From Candidatus Omnitrophota bacterium (GTDB lineage: Bacteria; Omnitrophota; Gorgyraeia; Gygaellales; Profunditerraquicolaceae): 64,000 nucleotides of DNA. Both the position numbers and the translations under genes were made by a program. The notes beneath the pieces are model-generated. The model worked only from the letters and a program-made list of their open reading frames with translations. It was not told the DNA's origin and made no database searches. Shown here piece by piece: positions 49,235-59,853 of this stretch (position 1 is its first letter; every line of letters starts with the position of its first letter). The stretch spans positions 6,449 through 70,448 of the forward strand of contig VGKG01000002.1 in NCBI GenBank assembly GCA_016867115.1, given 5' to 3'.

Positions 49235-52200
49235 CTACCCTAAATAAATATCGATTTTTTTGACCTGGCGGGAACGTATCTGTTCTGCGTAAGGCGCGCC
49301 TATGGTGCCGCAGGCAAGGTCGATTACCTTTCCGTCTTTATCCATGAAGGAGATGCGCTTTACTTTTGCAGCGGATTTTCCGAAGGTATCTTTTCTTTTG
49401 GGGTTATGGTAGGTCACGGAGACCTTGCTTAAGAAATGGAAGTTGTATGTGCCGTCTTTGGTAAAGAGCCATCCGGCCAAGGCGGGGGAGAACCTCAGGT
49501 TTAATTTACCCTCTTTGTTCAGGAAAAAGGGCTTAAGCCCGCAATTCATGATCAGCCATAACTGGATGAACTCTGCGGTTGAGCCGGAGAGCCGGGCGAC
49601 AAAGCCGTTGCCGTGCAGATGCTCATCCGGGAAGGCGCTGGAGACCAGGAAAGAGGAGTTTTCCAGGATGCTGCGGCCGTAGGTTTCCGGATCCAGGAAG
49701 GGTATCAGGACATTTTTAAAATCCGCGTAAAACTCCCCATATAAACCCTGCTTTAAAGCCTCCAGAAGGTATTTATATTCCATGTGCAGCCAGATGGATT
49801 CGTTCTCCAGCCACCCGGGAGTGAATACCCGGCACCTGCCGATCTCAAAGGGCATATCCTTTAAGGAGGCAGTGACCTTATACATCTTCAGCTTCCGGTC
49901 AAAGAGAGGGCTCTTTTTTGTGGCGTCATAGAGTTTTTTTGCCTCGGCGTAGGAGCCTGCGATCCGCAGAGCGTGCATCTGGCCCTCCAGGAATAGGGGA
50001 AGGTCCTTGCGCCGGAACTTCACCGGGAGGATCTTTTCGTCTCCGGCAGTATCATACTCCGTTACCTCATGCAGGAAATAGGAAGAGAAGAGCTCGTTCT
50101 TTTTGGCCTTCGCCTTTTTTATCGCGGAATCCGCTTTTGACAGGGCATTATCCAGGAACCTGCCAAGGAGAGCCGTTTCCAGAGGCATTTCGTTACCGCT
50201 TAGCCCTAGATGTATCCTTTTGCGGTAGGCTTCTTTAAGGCTGTAGCTCTTATCCCAATAGCGGAAATCCCGGTCCTGGCCATTGCCCTTCAGGTTTTCT
50301 TCAAGCAGGGCATTCAACCCGGCCAGAAAATCCAGCACTTCTTCGGCGACTTCGACTTTCTTTATTCCGGTCTTCTTCAGGGCCTCCTTTATGAAGAGGA
50401 CCAGCCTTTTCAGTTCAATGGTCTCGCAGAGCGAGGAGCCGAAGAGCGCAGGCAGGCCGTTAAGCGCATCATACCAGTTGGGCTTATTCGCCTCCATTTC
50501 TATGCCTATCCCTGAAGGGTCAAGCGAGGCGGCCTTATTCGCCAGGAGGCAGAGGAGTTTATTGAAGAGGTTGGTGGCGTAAATCTGGCCCTCGCCGTAG
50601 CAGGTGCGTACGACATAGGGCTGAGCTGTCCTTTTGAGGATGAGCTTAAGTTTTTCAGGGTCCGTGGCCACTGATTTCAATTGCCGCGGCAGGCCGCGGT
50701 AGAGCGTATATTTTTCTTTACGCGGTTTCACGGTTTCCGCAGAGTCATGGTAGGTGAATATCTTTTTGTCAAAGACGATCTCTTTGAGTTTTTCCGGGTA
50801 GACCTCTAAATAGGCGTCTAAAAGATCGAGGCTGTAGGTCCAGTGGTCAGTCCAGAAACCTTCCTGGTATTCCGCATCCTGCACCTTGATGCAATGGGAG
50901 AGGATGGCGCTGAGAAAATCATCCAGCGACGTACGCAGCCCGATCTTGTTCTCCTCCAGGAATACCAGCAGCTCTCCGGGAGTAAACTGTTTCTGCAGCA
51001 GGTAGGCGTTGAGCCTGGCTACGTCTTTTTCCGCAACCAGGTCCTTAAGCGCCATTTCCAAATAGGTCCTATCTTTGATGAGGAATCCGGCGCCCTTGAC
51101 CACTAATGGGTTGAATCCGTCCGCCTGCATAAGGTTGAAGAAATAGACCAGGTTTTCTTCCCCGATCTCAGGGTTGAACCAGATGTCGCACCTGCGGTTC
51201 TGGTTGATGTCGCGGAAATTGCCGTTACCCTGCGAAAAGTAGGTAGGCTGTATTGAGTAGCGGTTATAGTCTCTTTCCAGGTCCCCGTGCTTGCGGGAGT
51301 AAAGATAGAATACGGAAGAGGACTTGCCGAACTTGAAGATCATGGGGTAGCCGCCGCGCATGATATTATCCAGGTAAGTCTGGCGCGCGTAGAGGTTCAA
51401 TTCGCGGGAGCTGCTTGCCGTAAATATGTCCTGGGTGAGGCCGTCGATGATCTCTCGGTTTTCCTTCGCTTTTGCGGCAAGGTACTTCCTGCTGGCTATG
51501 CGTTTGATCGAGGTATTAAGGCTCTTGAGGCCGCGCATATAACCGGTAATGACGGAAAAATCTTTTTTCCCTTTTGCGGGCAGGTCAAGGTCCACAAGGA
51601 GCACGGCGCAGGGGGTCTTGCTGTTATTGATCTGCCTTTTGGGATAAGAGAAGTTTTTCGCCTCTAAGAACTCCCGCGGGTAAGAGAAATCGGAGACCGG
51701 GCCGAATATGCAGTCAGGGTCAATGATCGGCTTAAGAAGTTGGGCCTTGCCGGCTTTTTCCCGGAATCCCAGATAAAAGTGGCCTTCGTTTATATGGATA
51801 ATTTCCGGGCGGTCAGTGGGGTCTACGTCGAGTTTATAGAAAGGCACGCCCTTGCTGAGGTTCTCCACTCGCATCCAGGCTTCGATGGTGCGTCCGAGAT
51901 GTTTCAGGAAAAGGTTGGTGGTGCCGAAGGGGATGATCTGGGGCAGGCCGTCCAGGAGCTGGATCTTTATTGCCTTAGAGCTTAAGTTTTCTATGCTGAC
52001 CTGCCTGACTAGCCCGGCGTAGGAATCATTGGGGATATTAAAGTAATCCACCCTGACCTTCAATCCGAGGGTGCGGTTCTCCTCCTCGATGGTGAGGCTC
52101 CCGGGGGCTATGAGCATCCGGTTTGAAAGGGAAAAGTCCCGGCTTGCCAGACCGTTGTGGAAGGGTTCATAATAAGTGACGCCTTTTGCGCCTGTGATTT

Positions 52201-52453
52201 TGATAAAGGTACGAAAGCCATGCGATGTGACCAGCTGCCAGCTTTTGTTGGCAGGGAAGAACTCAAGGATGGAGTGGCCCTTGCCTTTTGTGCCGAAGCT
52301 TGAGATCGCCTGGCCCCGGTTGACGTAGAAGACCCACATCGGGATGCCGTATTTTCCGGCGATTCCGGGGAAGAAGTTCGCGAAGGGCTTGGTGTAATTG
52401 TAATTCTCGATTACGAACTCGCCCGATTCATTCAGGTAGTATTTCGGCTTCAT
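49235..52453 (-). CDS. Large (1073 aa) glycoside phosphorylase/hydrolase-like protein, GH94/GH149-like, tentative
   Basis: The only minus-strand gene. N-terminus MKPKYYLNESGEFVIENY…PFANFF resembles GH94-type N-termini. Internal FRDINQNRR and FWTDHWTY resemble GH94 WRDxxQD and DWND-type motifs. An alternative start at 52492 adds 13 aa. Confidence 0.4.
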   Translation of the reverse strand: MKPKYYLNESGEFVIENYNYTKPFANFFPGIAGKYGIPMWVFYVNRGQAISSFGTKGKGHSILEFFPANKSWQLVTSHGFRTFIKITGAKGVTYYEPFHNGLASRDFSLSNRMLIAPGSLTIEEENRTLGLKVRVDYFNIPNDSYAGLVRQVSIENLSSKAIKIQLLDGLPQIIPFGTTNLFLKHLGRTIEAWMRVENLSKGVPFYKLDVDPTDRPEIIHINEGHFYLGFREKAGKAQLLKPIIDPDCIFGPVSDFSYPREFLEAKNFSYPKRQINNSKTPCAVLLVDLDLPAKGKKDFSVITGYMRGLKSLNTSIKRIASRKYLAAKAKENREIIDGLTQDIFTASSSRELNLYARQTYLDNIMRGGYPMIFKFGKSSSVFYLYSRKHGDLERDYNRYSIQPTYFSQGNGNFRDINQNRRCDIWFNPEIGEENLVYFFNLMQADGFNPLVVKGAGFLIKDRTYLEMALKDLVAEKDVARLNAYLLQKQFTPGELLVFLEENKIGLRTSLDDFLSAILSHCIKVQDAEYQEGFWTDHWTYSLDLLDAYLEVYPEKLKEIVFDKKIFTYHDSAETVKPRKEKYTLYRGLPRQLKSVATDPEKLKLILKRTAQPYVVRTCYGEGQIYATNLFNKLLCLLANKAASLDPSGIGIEMEANKPNWYDALNGLPALFGSSLCETIELKRLVLFIKEALKKTGIKKVEVAEEVLDFLAGLNALLEENLKGNGQDRDFRYWDKSYSLKEAYRKRIHLGLSGNEMPLETALLGRFLDNALSKADSAIKKAKAKKNELFSSYFLHEVTEYDTAGDEKILPVKFRRKDLPLFLEGQMHALRIAGSYAEAKKLYDATKKSPLFDRKLKMYKVTASLKDMPFEIGRCRVFTPGWLENESIWLHMEYKYLLEALKQGLYGEFYADFKNVLIPFLDPETYGRSILENSSFLVSSAFPDEHLHGNGFVARLSGSTAEFIQLWLIMNCGLKPFFLNKEGKLNLRFSPALAGWLFTKDGTYNFHFLSKVSVTYHNPKRKDTFGKSAAKVKRISFMDKDGKVIDLACGTIGAPYAEQIRSRQVKKIDIYLG

Positions 52454-52558
52454 AATTAGAAGGTATTCTACAGTATTTCGCGGGTTTGTCAAATAATAGT
52501 TGTGTTTGACTTTTAAAATAAAGGATGTTAATATAACTCATTTATATGGGAGGACCGG

Positions 52559-52846
52559 ATGCCGATCACCAAGGATACAGTTGAATACGTGGCGCATTTG
52601 GCGCGCATTGACTTGCAGGCCAAAGAGTTAGAGAAACTTTCTCGCCAGCTGGAAGAGATCGTCATCTTCATCGACCGCTTTAAGGAGTTGGACCTTAAAG
52701 GGGTCTCTGCGGCCAGCCATATTTTACCTATACATAACGTGTTAAGGGAAGACGCCCCGCGGCCGGGCCTTTGCGCAGAAAAGGCGCTGCAGTGCGCTCC
52801 GCAGAAAGAAGGTAATTTTTTTGCCGTGCCCAAAGTCATTGAGTAA
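52559..52846 (+). CDS. gatC: Asp-tRNA(Asn)/Glu-tRNA(Gln) amidotransferase subunit C
   Basis: 95 aa, …VAHLARIDL…EEL…; followed by gatA and gatB. Confidence 0.85.
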   Translation: MPITKDTVEYVAHLARIDLQAKELEKLSRQLEEIVIFIDRFKELDLKGVSAASHILPIHNVLREDAPRPGLCAEKALQCAPQKEGNFFAVPKVIE

Positions 52847-52855
52847 GTAAACAAT

Positions 52856-52891
52856 CGCATGCTATATGCAGTATACTGTATATAGCATGCG
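52856..52891. repeat. 36-bp near-perfect palindrome CGCATGCTATATGCAGTA|TACTGTATATAGCATGCG between gatC and gatA
   Basis: Read directly; one mismatch across the 18-bp arms. Confidence 0.6.
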
Positions 52892-52902
52892 ACATACGGG
52901 AA

Positions 52903-54339
52903 ATGAATCTAAATACAAGCACATTAACTGCACATGAATTAATCGAGAAGTTAGACGGCAGGGAAATAACGCTTGAAGAGGTATTATCCGGCTTGCGGGA
53001 AAGGATAAATAAAATTGACCCGCAGGTAAAGGCTTATGTCAGGCGGAATGAGCCTCAAGCTGCCGTAAACCCCGCAGCCGCAGGTCCGTTAAAAGGCATC
53101 CCGGTTACGGTCAAGGATAATATCTGCACCGAAGGGCTCAATACTGAATGCTGCTCGCATATCCTCGAAGGTTTCCGGCCGCCTTATGATGCAACGGTCA
53201 TCCGTAAACTTAAAAGCGCAGGAGCGACTATCCTGGGGCTAAAGGCGAATATGGATGAGTTCGCCTTTGGTTCATCCACCGAGAACTCCTATTTCGGCCC
53301 GACGCATAATCCCTGGAGATTAGACTGCGTGCCCGGAGGCTCTTCCGGAGGTTCGGCTGCAGCAGTGGCTGCGGATGAGGCGGTTTTTGCCCTGGGCTCG
53401 GATACCGGGGGTTCTATCCGTCAGCCTGCGGCGTTCTGCGGGGTAGTGGGCATGAAGCCAACCTACGGAAGGGTTTCGCGTTACGGCCTGATCGCTTTTG
53501 CCTCAAGCCTTGACCAGATCGGCCCGATCACCAAGGATGTAGAGGATTGCTCGTTGCTGCTTGGGGTTATTTCCGGGCACGATCCGCTTGATTCCACCTC
53601 CGTAGATGCGCCGGTGCCGGATTACGGAAAATCTTTAGACAGGGATATAAAAGGCCTAAAGATCGCCATACCCAAAGAGTATTTTGTCGAAGGCATGGAG
53701 GCGCAGGTGAAGGAGGCGCTGGAAGAAGCGGTAAGCGAATTAAAGAAACTGGGCGCAACCGTTAAGGAGATATCGCTGCCCCATACAAAATACGCAGTTC
53801 CCGTTTATTACATCGTGGCCACGGCCGAGGCAAGTTCAAACCTGGCCAGGTTTGACGGGGTGCAGTACGGATTACGCATAAAGTCGGAGAACCTCATCGA
53901 GATGTACAAAAAAACGCGCGGTGAAGGCTTTGGCCAGGAGGCGAAGCGAAGGGTCATCCTGGGCACCTTTGCCCTCTCTCACGGTTATTACGAGGCTTAT
54001 TACCTTAACGCCCTGAAGGTGCGCACCCTCATCAAGCGGGACTTTGACGGGGCCTTCAAAGAGTTCGATTGCATAGTCACCCCGACTTCTCCGAGCGCGG
54101 CGTTTAAGATCGGCGAGAAGGTCGAGGACCCTTTGAAGATGTACCTCTCTGACATCTACACTATCTCGGCGAACCTCGCCGGGATCCCGGCGATATCCGT
54201 CCCCTGCGGCTTTACCGGAGATAATCTGCCCGTAGGCCTGCAGATCTTGGCCAGGCCTTTTGACGAAGGGACGCTTCTTAAGGCGGCATTTGCGTATGAG
54301 CAGGCGACAGTATGGCATAAAATGAAGCCGAAAGTCTGA
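52903..54339 (+). CDS. gatA: Glutamyl-tRNA(Gln) amidotransferase subunit A
   Basis: Amidase signature [12 protein letters not shown] and a Ser-cisSer-Lys triad region. Confidence 0.95.
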   Translation: MNLNTSTLTAHELIEKLDGREITLEEVLSGLRERINKIDPQVKAYVRRNEPQAAVNPAAAGPLKGIPVTVKDNICTEGLNTECCSHILEGFRPPYDATVIRKLKSAGATILGLKANMDEFAFGSSTENSYFGPTHNPWRLDCVPGGSSGGSAAAVAADEAVFALGSDTGGSIRQPAAFCGVVGMKPTYGRVSRYGLIAFASSLDQIGPITKDVEDCSLLLGVISGHDPLDSTSVDAPVPDYGKSLDRDIKGLKIAIPKEYFVEGMEAQVKEALEEAVSELKKLGATVKEISLPHTKYAVPVYYIVATAEASSNLARFDGVQYGLRIKSENLIEMYKKTRGEGFGQEAKRRVILGTFALSHGYYEAYYLNALKVRTLIKRDFDGAFKEFDCIVTPTSPSAAFKIGEKVEDPLKMYLSDIYTISANLAGIPAISVPCGFTGDNLPVGLQILARPFDEGTLLKAAFAYEQATVWHKMKPKV

Positions 54340-54341
54340 CG

Positions 54342-55775
54342 ATGGATTACCAAGCAGTCATCGGATTAGAAGTACATGCGCATTTGAAGACTAGGACCAA
54401 GGCCTTCTGCGGCTGCCCTACGGAGTTCGGCGCGCCCGCCAACTCTCAGGTCTGCCCGGTGTGCCTCGGTTTTCCGGGCAGCCTTCCGGTCTTGAATAAA
54501 GCGGCGCTGGATTTTGCCGTTAAGGTGGCCCTTGCTTTAAATTGCACGGTCCAGGAGTTCACCAAATTAGACCGTAAGAATTATTTCTACCCTGACCTGC
54601 CGAAGAATTACCAGATCTCCCAGTACGACCTGCCCTTGTCGAGGAACGGTTTCCTGGATATTTTCACGGGTAAGACCCGTAAGCGCATCGGGATCACCCG
54701 CGTGCACCTTGAGGAGGACGCGGGCAAACTCATCCATCAGGAGTCTGTCAGCCTGGTCGATTTTAACCGCTCCGGCATACCTTTATTAGAGATCGTCAGC
54801 GAACCGGATATTAATTCGCCCCAGGAGGCTTACGCATACCTGACTGCGCTGAAAAGCATCCTGGAATACCTGGAGGTCTCTGACTGCGACATGGAGAAGG
54901 GCTCTTTACGCTGCGACGCCAATATCTCGGTGCGCAAGGCCGGAGAAAAAACCCTCGGGACAAAGGCAGAGCTCAAAAACATGAACTCCTTCAAGGCGGT
55001 GCGGGATGCGCTGGATTATGAGATCCTGCGCCAGTCAGAGGAGGTCGCTTCCGGGAACGCTGTCGTCCAGGAGACACGGCTATGGGATGCAGGCAAGCAG
55101 AAGACTCTTCCCATGCGCGCTAAGGAAGAAGCAAAGGATTACCGCTATTTTCCCGAACCGGACCTGCCGCCCTTTATCATCAGGGCCGAGGCAATAGAAG
55201 AGGTAAGGAAGGGCATACCGGAAATGCCCAGGGAAAAGATCAGCCGCTTCATGTCTGATTTCGGGATCTCGGAATACGACGCCACCATCCTTACCTCAAG
55301 AAAGGAAGACGCGCTATTTGCCGAAGAGTGCATTAAGGAATACCCGGAAAAAGATAAAAAGACAGTCACTAACTGGCTCATCGGGCCGCTGTTGTCGGAG
55401 GCAAACAACCGTAATTGCGCATTACCCGGATTAAGGATCACGGCGAAGAGGCTCCTGGGCCTGATCAGCCTGGTGGAGAGGCAGGAGATCTCCGGCCTCT
55501 CGGCAAAAACGGTTTTGACCGAGATGATCGATTCCGGCAGGGAGGCAGGAGAGATCATCAAAGAGAAGGGTTTAAGCCAGGTCTCGGATTCCGCAAGCCT
55601 GGAGTCGGTGGCGGATGAGGTGATCAGGGAAAACGTAAAGTCCGTCGCGGATTTTAAACAGGGCAAAGAGAGCGCCCTGATGTTTCTGGTGGGCCAGGCG
55701 ATGAAAAAAAGCAGAGGAAAGGCAAATCCTAAAGTCATCCAGGAAGTATTAAAACGGAGGTTGGCTGATGCGTAA
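54342..55775 (+). CDS. gatB: Asp-tRNA(Asn)/Glu-tRNA(Gln) amidotransferase subunit B
   Basis: …IGLEVHAHL…, GatB cradle domain and YqeY-like tail. Confidence 0.95.
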   Translation: MDYQAVIGLEVHAHLKTRTKAFCGCPTEFGAPANSQVCPVCLGFPGSLPVLNKAALDFAVKVALALNCTVQEFTKLDRKNYFYPDLPKNYQISQYDLPLSRNGFLDIFTGKTRKRIGITRVHLEEDAGKLIHQESVSLVDFNRSGIPLLEIVSEPDINSPQEAYAYLTALKSILEYLEVSDCDMEKGSLRCDANISVRKAGEKTLGTKAELKNMNSFKAVRDALDYEILRQSEEVASGNAVVQETRLWDAGKQKTLPMRAKEEAKDYRYFPEPDLPPFIIRAEAIEEVRKGIPEMPREKISRFMSDFGISEYDATILTSRKEDALFAEECIKEYPEKDKKTVTNWLIGPLLSEANNRNCALPGLRITAKRLLGLISLVERQEISGLSAKTVLTEMIDSGREAGEIIKEKGLSQVSDSASLESVADEVIRENVKSVADFKQGKESALMFLVGQAMKKSRGKANPKVIQEVLKRRLADA

Positions 55776-57057
55776 CAGGAAGATCTTGATCTCTATTTTT
55801 ATCTTGGGGGCCTTTTTATTCTGCGCCCTTACTGTCCACGGCGAAGAGAAGAAGAAAAAGAAAAAAGAGGACCTCTACCGGCAGGTTGAGCTCTTTTCCG
55901 ATTCTCTGGCAATAGTGCAATCCGAATACGTGGATGAGGCCAGCGCCAAGGACCTGATCTACGGTTCGCTTAAGGGCATGCTCTCAAGCCTTGATCCCCA
56001 TAGCCAGTTTATGGACCCCGATACCTACAACGAGCTCAGGGTCGAGACCGAGGGGAAGTTCGGGGGGCTGGGCATCGAGATCACCATCAAAGACGGCCTG
56101 CTTACCGTAGTGACGCCCATAGAAGATACACCCGCCTGGAAAGCGGGGATCAGGTCAGGTGACCGGATCGTGAAGATCAACGACGAATTGACCCGCGATA
56201 TGACCCTGACTGACGCGGTAAAGCGCATGCGCGGCAAGGTGGGAGAAGCGGTGAACCTGACGATTTTAAGGGAATCAGAGAAGAGGATCCTGGAATTGAA
56301 GATCGTGCGCGACGTGATTAAGATCCGGGATATCAAGGAGGCGAGGGTGCTTGAGGACGGCGTCGCCTACATCCGCCTGATCGAGTTCCGCGAGAACACG
56401 GCGCAGGATATTAACGCGGCGCTGGATAAGCTGACCAGGGAGAAGATGAATGCGCTGATCCTGGACCTGCGCAATAATCCGGGAGGGCTTCTGGATGTGG
56501 CTGTGCGGGTGGCGGAGAAGTTTATCCCCAAGGGCAAGCTCATTGTTTACACCAAGGGCCGCAAGCCCAATCAGAACCTGGAGTTTATTTCAAAGGGGGC
56601 AAACCCGGTTACGGATTTGCCGATGGCGGTATTGATCAATGAGGGTTCTGCCTCGGGGAGCGAGATCGTCGCCGGATGCCTGCAGGATTACAGGCGCGCG
56701 ATCATCGTGGGCAAGAAGTCTTTCGGCAAAGGCTCGGTGCAGACAGTCATCCCGCTTTCGGACGGCTCGGCGCTGCGGCTGACCACGAGCAAGTACTTTA
56801 CTCCCCTGGGTAAGGTCATCCACAGCAAGGGGGTAGAGCCGGATATCGTGGTCGATGAGGTAAGGGTGGTGGCCCTGCCGGAATCCGAAAAAGAAAAGAA
56901 GCCGGAAGACATCTTTGAAGAGCTGGAAAAGAAAGAAAAACCCAAAGAAGAAAAAGAAAGGCAATTCGACTATAAATCCGATAACCAGCTGATGCGCGCC
57001 ATTGACGTCCTGAAGGCGATAAAGTTCTATAAAAGTGAAAAGACAGCCGCAAAGTAG
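55768..57057 (+). CDS. ctpA: Carboxy-terminal processing protease (S41 family)
   Basis: PDZ domain plus the S41 catalytic region (…GSASGSEIVAG… and …KGSVQT…). Confidence 0.85.
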   Translation: MRNRKILISIFILGAFLFCALTVHGEEKKKKKKEDLYRQVELFSDSLAIVQSEYVDEASAKDLIYGSLKGMLSSLDPHSQFMDPDTYNELRVETEGKFGGLGIEITIKDGLLTVVTPIEDTPAWKAGIRSGDRIVKINDELTRDMTLTDAVKRMRGKVGEAVNLTILRESEKRILELKIVRDVIKIRDIKEARVLEDGVAYIRLIEFRENTAQDINAALDKLTREKMNALILDLRNNPGGLLDVAVRVAEKFIPKGKLIVYTKGRKPNQNLEFISKGANPVTDLPMAVLINEGSASGSEIVAGCLQDYRRAIIVGKKSFGKGSVQTVIPLSDGSALRLTTSKYFTPLGKVIHSKGVEPDIVVDEVRVVALPESEKEKKPEDIFEELEKKEKPKEEKERQFDYKSDNQLMRAIDVLKAIKFYKSEKTAAK

Positions 57058-57856
57058 CCCGAAATACAGCCTTGTCATCTCGGCACTGCTGGTAGTGATC
57101 ATCCTGCAATGGATCTATATTGCCCGCACCCACCGGCCGGAAAAACCGTCGAAGGAAGCGATAAGGCCTGAACCAAAGCCTCCGGTGACGCAGGCGGTAA
57201 AGGGGAGGATCGCCATTGTCCTGGATGACTGGGGTTACAACCTGAACAATCTAGGGCTTATCGAAGAGATCAGATATCCGGTCACCCTGGCGGTATTGCC
57301 GAACCTGGCTTTTTCGGAGAGGATCGCCAAAGAACTTAATGCCAGGGGTTTCGAGGTCATTCTGCACCTGCCTATGGAGCCGCGGGAAAAGAAGCGCCTT
57401 GAGAAGAATACGGTGATGGTTTCGATGAGCCGGGAGAAGCTCGGCGATATCCTCGACGATGACCTGGCTGCCGTACCTTTTGCGCGGGGGGTCTCAAATC
57501 ACATGGGTTCTCTGGCTACGAGGGATAACGCGACCATGGAGGCGCTGTTCAGGGAGCTGAAGAAGAGGCGCCTTTATTTTCTGGACAGCTACGTCTCTTC
57601 AGGCAACACCGGGCTTGAAGCCGCCAGAAAGGTGAATCTGAGGTACGCCCGCCGGGACGTGTTCCTGGATAACCGGCTTGAAGCCTCGTATATCCGCAGA
57701 CAGGTCCAGCAGCTGAAAATGAAGGCAAAGATGCGCGGCGAGGCGATCGGCATAGGCCATGACCGCAGGGCTACGCTTGAAGTCCTGAAAGAAATGATGC
57801 CGCAGCTTGCCAAGGAAGGATACCGGTTCGTATTCGTTTCGGAGCTGGTGGAATAA
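57035..57856 (+). CDS. Divergent polysaccharide deacetylase family protein (YibQ-like)
   Basis: TM anchor followed by …RIAIVLDDWGYN…VTLAVLPNL…EVILHLPMEP…, the YibQ family signature. GTG start overlaps the ctpA end. Confidence 0.7.
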   Translation: MKRQPQSSPKYSLVISALLVVIILQWIYIARTHRPEKPSKEAIRPEPKPPVTQAVKGRIAIVLDDWGYNLNNLGLIEEIRYPVTLAVLPNLAFSERIAKELNARGFEVILHLPMEPREKKRLEKNTVMVSMSREKLGDILDDDLAAVPFARGVSNHMGSLATRDNATMEALFRELKKRRLYFLDSYVSSGNTGLEAARKVNLRYARRDVFLDNRLEASYIRRQVQQLKMKAKMRGEAIGIGHDRRATLEVLKEMMPQLAKEGYRFVFVSELVE

Positions 57857-58840
57857 ATGTACGTTTTAGGGATCGAGACATCTTGCGATGAGACATCTGC
57901 AGCCGTGGTCAAAGACGGCCGCAAGATCCTTTCTAATGTCGTCAGCTCGAGCCTGAAGTTCCATAAGAAGTACGGAGGCGTCGTTCCCGAGATCGCATCG
58001 CGCCTATGCCTTGAGACGATCTCTTTTGTCACGGATGACGCGCTCGGCCAGGCAGGGGTAAGTCTTAAGGATATAGGCCTAGTCAGCGTGACCAGCGGCC
58101 CCGGGCTACTGGGTTCGTTACTGGTCGGCGTATCTTTTGCCAAATCGCTCTACCTTGCCTTAGGCGTGCCGCTATTGGGCGTTGACCATATCCAGAGCCA
58201 CGTTTATGCAAACTTCCTGAACGGCAGGCCGATAAAACTGCCCTTTATCGCCCTGGTCGTCTCAGGCGGCCATACCAGCCTCTTTTTTGTGGAAGATTTT
58301 GGCAGGATCCGGACCCTGGGAGAGACTCAGGATGACGCCTGCGGCGAGGCGTTTGATAAGGTGGCAAAGATTTTGGGCCTCGGTTACCCGGGCGGCCCTC
58401 TGATCGAGAAGCTGGCGAGGTCAGGGAATCCTAAAAAGATAAGATTCCGGTGTTCTGAAACCGGCCGGGAGCTTGATTTCAGTTTTAGCGGGATAAAGAC
58501 CGCGGTGCTTTACGCGGTAAGGGGGAGGCGATTGACATTGCAGGAGAAGAGGGATATCGCCGCCTCCTTCCAGGAGTCTGCGATCGGGGCCCTGATCAGG
58601 AAAGCTCATTTAGCCTGCAGGCTTAAGAGGACGCCGCGCCTGGTCATCGGCGGAGGAGTGGTCGCAAACAGCAGATTAAGGGAAAGGTTTTACGCAGAAT
58701 CTAAGAAGGCGGGCATAGATTGTTATTTTCCCGCATCTGACCTTTGCACGGACAATGCGGCTATGGTCGCCGGATTCGGGCACGCCTTGTTCAAAAGAGG
58801 CCAACGGTCCGGCCTTTATCTGACCGCGGGAGCCGGTTAA
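57857..58840 (+). CDS. tsaD: tRNA N6-adenosine threonylcarbamoyltransferase TsaD
   Basis: MYVLGIETSCDETSAAVV…, a Kae1/TsaD family metal-binding HxxH region. Confidence 0.9.
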   Translation: MYVLGIETSCDETSAAVVKDGRKILSNVVSSSLKFHKKYGGVVPEIASRLCLETISFVTDDALGQAGVSLKDIGLVSVTSGPGLLGSLLVGVSFAKSLYLALGVPLLGVDHIQSHVYANFLNGRPIKLPFIALVVSGGHTSLFFVEDFGRIRTLGETQDDACGEAFDKVAKILGLGYPGGPLIEKLARSGNPKKIRFRCSETGRELDFSFSGIKTAVLYAVRGRRLTLQEKRDIAASFQESAIGALIRKAHLACRLKRTPRLVIGGGVVANSRLRERFYAESKKAGIDCYFPASDLCTDNAAMVAGFGHALFKRGQRSGLYLTAGAG

Positions 58841-58864
58841 TCGAATCAGAATGGAGGCATAAAT

Positions 58865-59305
58865 ATGCTTACAGACTTGGATATCATCATGCGCCTGACG
58901 CTGACTATGGTCTTAAGCGGGCTGATCGGGCTTGAACGCCAGTTACACCGCCGCGCTGCGGGGCTGCGTACCCATATGCTGGTCTCCATGGGCAGCTGCC
59001 TTATCATGTTGACATCGCTTTATGTTTTTGATATATATAAGGATAAGGCGGCACCTGATCCGGCACGTATTGCCGCAGGCGTCATCACCGGCATCGGATT
59101 TTTAGGGGCCGGTACGATTATCCGCGAGCCGGAAGGGGTCAGGGGCCTGACCACGGCAGCCAGCCTTTGGGTGGTCGCAGGCATAGGCTTAGCCGTCGGT
59201 TGCGGTTTTTTTAATGCCGGGATCTATACTACGGTCCTGACAGTGATTGCTCTTTTTTTTATGCGCTATATAGAGGGATTTATACCGGAAGAGGGAAAGA
59301 AGTAA
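58865..59305 (+). CDS. MgtC/SapB-family membrane protein
   Basis: …LSGLIGLERQLH…GLRTHMLVSMGS…, four TM segments. Confidence 0.75.
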   Translation: MLTDLDIIMRLTLTMVLSGLIGLERQLHRRAAGLRTHMLVSMGSCLIMLTSLYVFDIYKDKAAPDPARIAAGVITGIGFLGAGTIIREPEGVRGLTTAASLWVVAGIGLAVGCGFFNAGIYTTVLTVIALFFMRYIEGFIPEEGKK

Positions 59306-59325
59306 TTAAACGGGGGAGGTGACAG

Positions 59326-59829
59326 ATGGCCTTTAAGAAGAAGATGGAGGAAAAGATCCTGGATGTAGATGCTTCCATGACCGGGACCCTGAGTTTCAAA
59401 GACCCGGTTAACCTGCGCATCAACGGAAAGTTTGAAGGTAACCTCAATACCAAGGGAAACCTTACCATCGGTCCGGCAGCCATCGTGCTTGCGGATATCG
59501 TCGGCGACAATATTATCATCGGGGGAAGGGTCAAGGGGAAGATTACCGCAAGGGAGAGGCTGACGCTTCTTCCTTCGGCGGTAGTAGAGGGAGACATCTA
59601 TCCGGCAAGGCTCAATGTCACGGAAGGCGCGATCCTTGAGGGTAAATGCGTGATGCTGCAGGATTTTCTCAACGCCGCGGAAGTGGCGAAGTACCTGGAG
59701 ATCGACCTTAACTCAGTAATGGAATGGGCCAATTCCGGCAAGATGCCCGGGCACAGGGAAGGAAGCGACTGGAAGTTCGAGCGTAAATCAATCGATGCCT
59801 GGCTGGCCGCAGGCAAGATAGAAAGGTAA
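59326..59829 (+). CDS. Bactofilin-domain protein fused to a C-terminal excisionase-family (HTH_17) DNA-binding domain
   Basis: Beta-helical bactofilin repeats (…INGKFEGNLNTKGNLTIGPAAIVLADIVGDNIIIGGRVKGKI…VEGDIY…LEGKCVM) followed by …VAKYLEIDLNSVMEWANSGKMPGHREGSDWKFERKSIDAWL. Confidence 0.7.
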   Translation: MAFKKKMEEKILDVDASMTGTLSFKDPVNLRINGKFEGNLNTKGNLTIGPAAIVLADIVGDNIIIGGRVKGKITARERLTLLPSAVVEGDIYPARLNVTEGAILEGKCVMLQDFLNAAEVAKYLEIDLNSVMEWANSGKMPGHREGSDWKFERKSIDAWLAAGKIER

Positions 59830-59853
59830 GCCCCCGGGCTTTAAGAAAGACCC

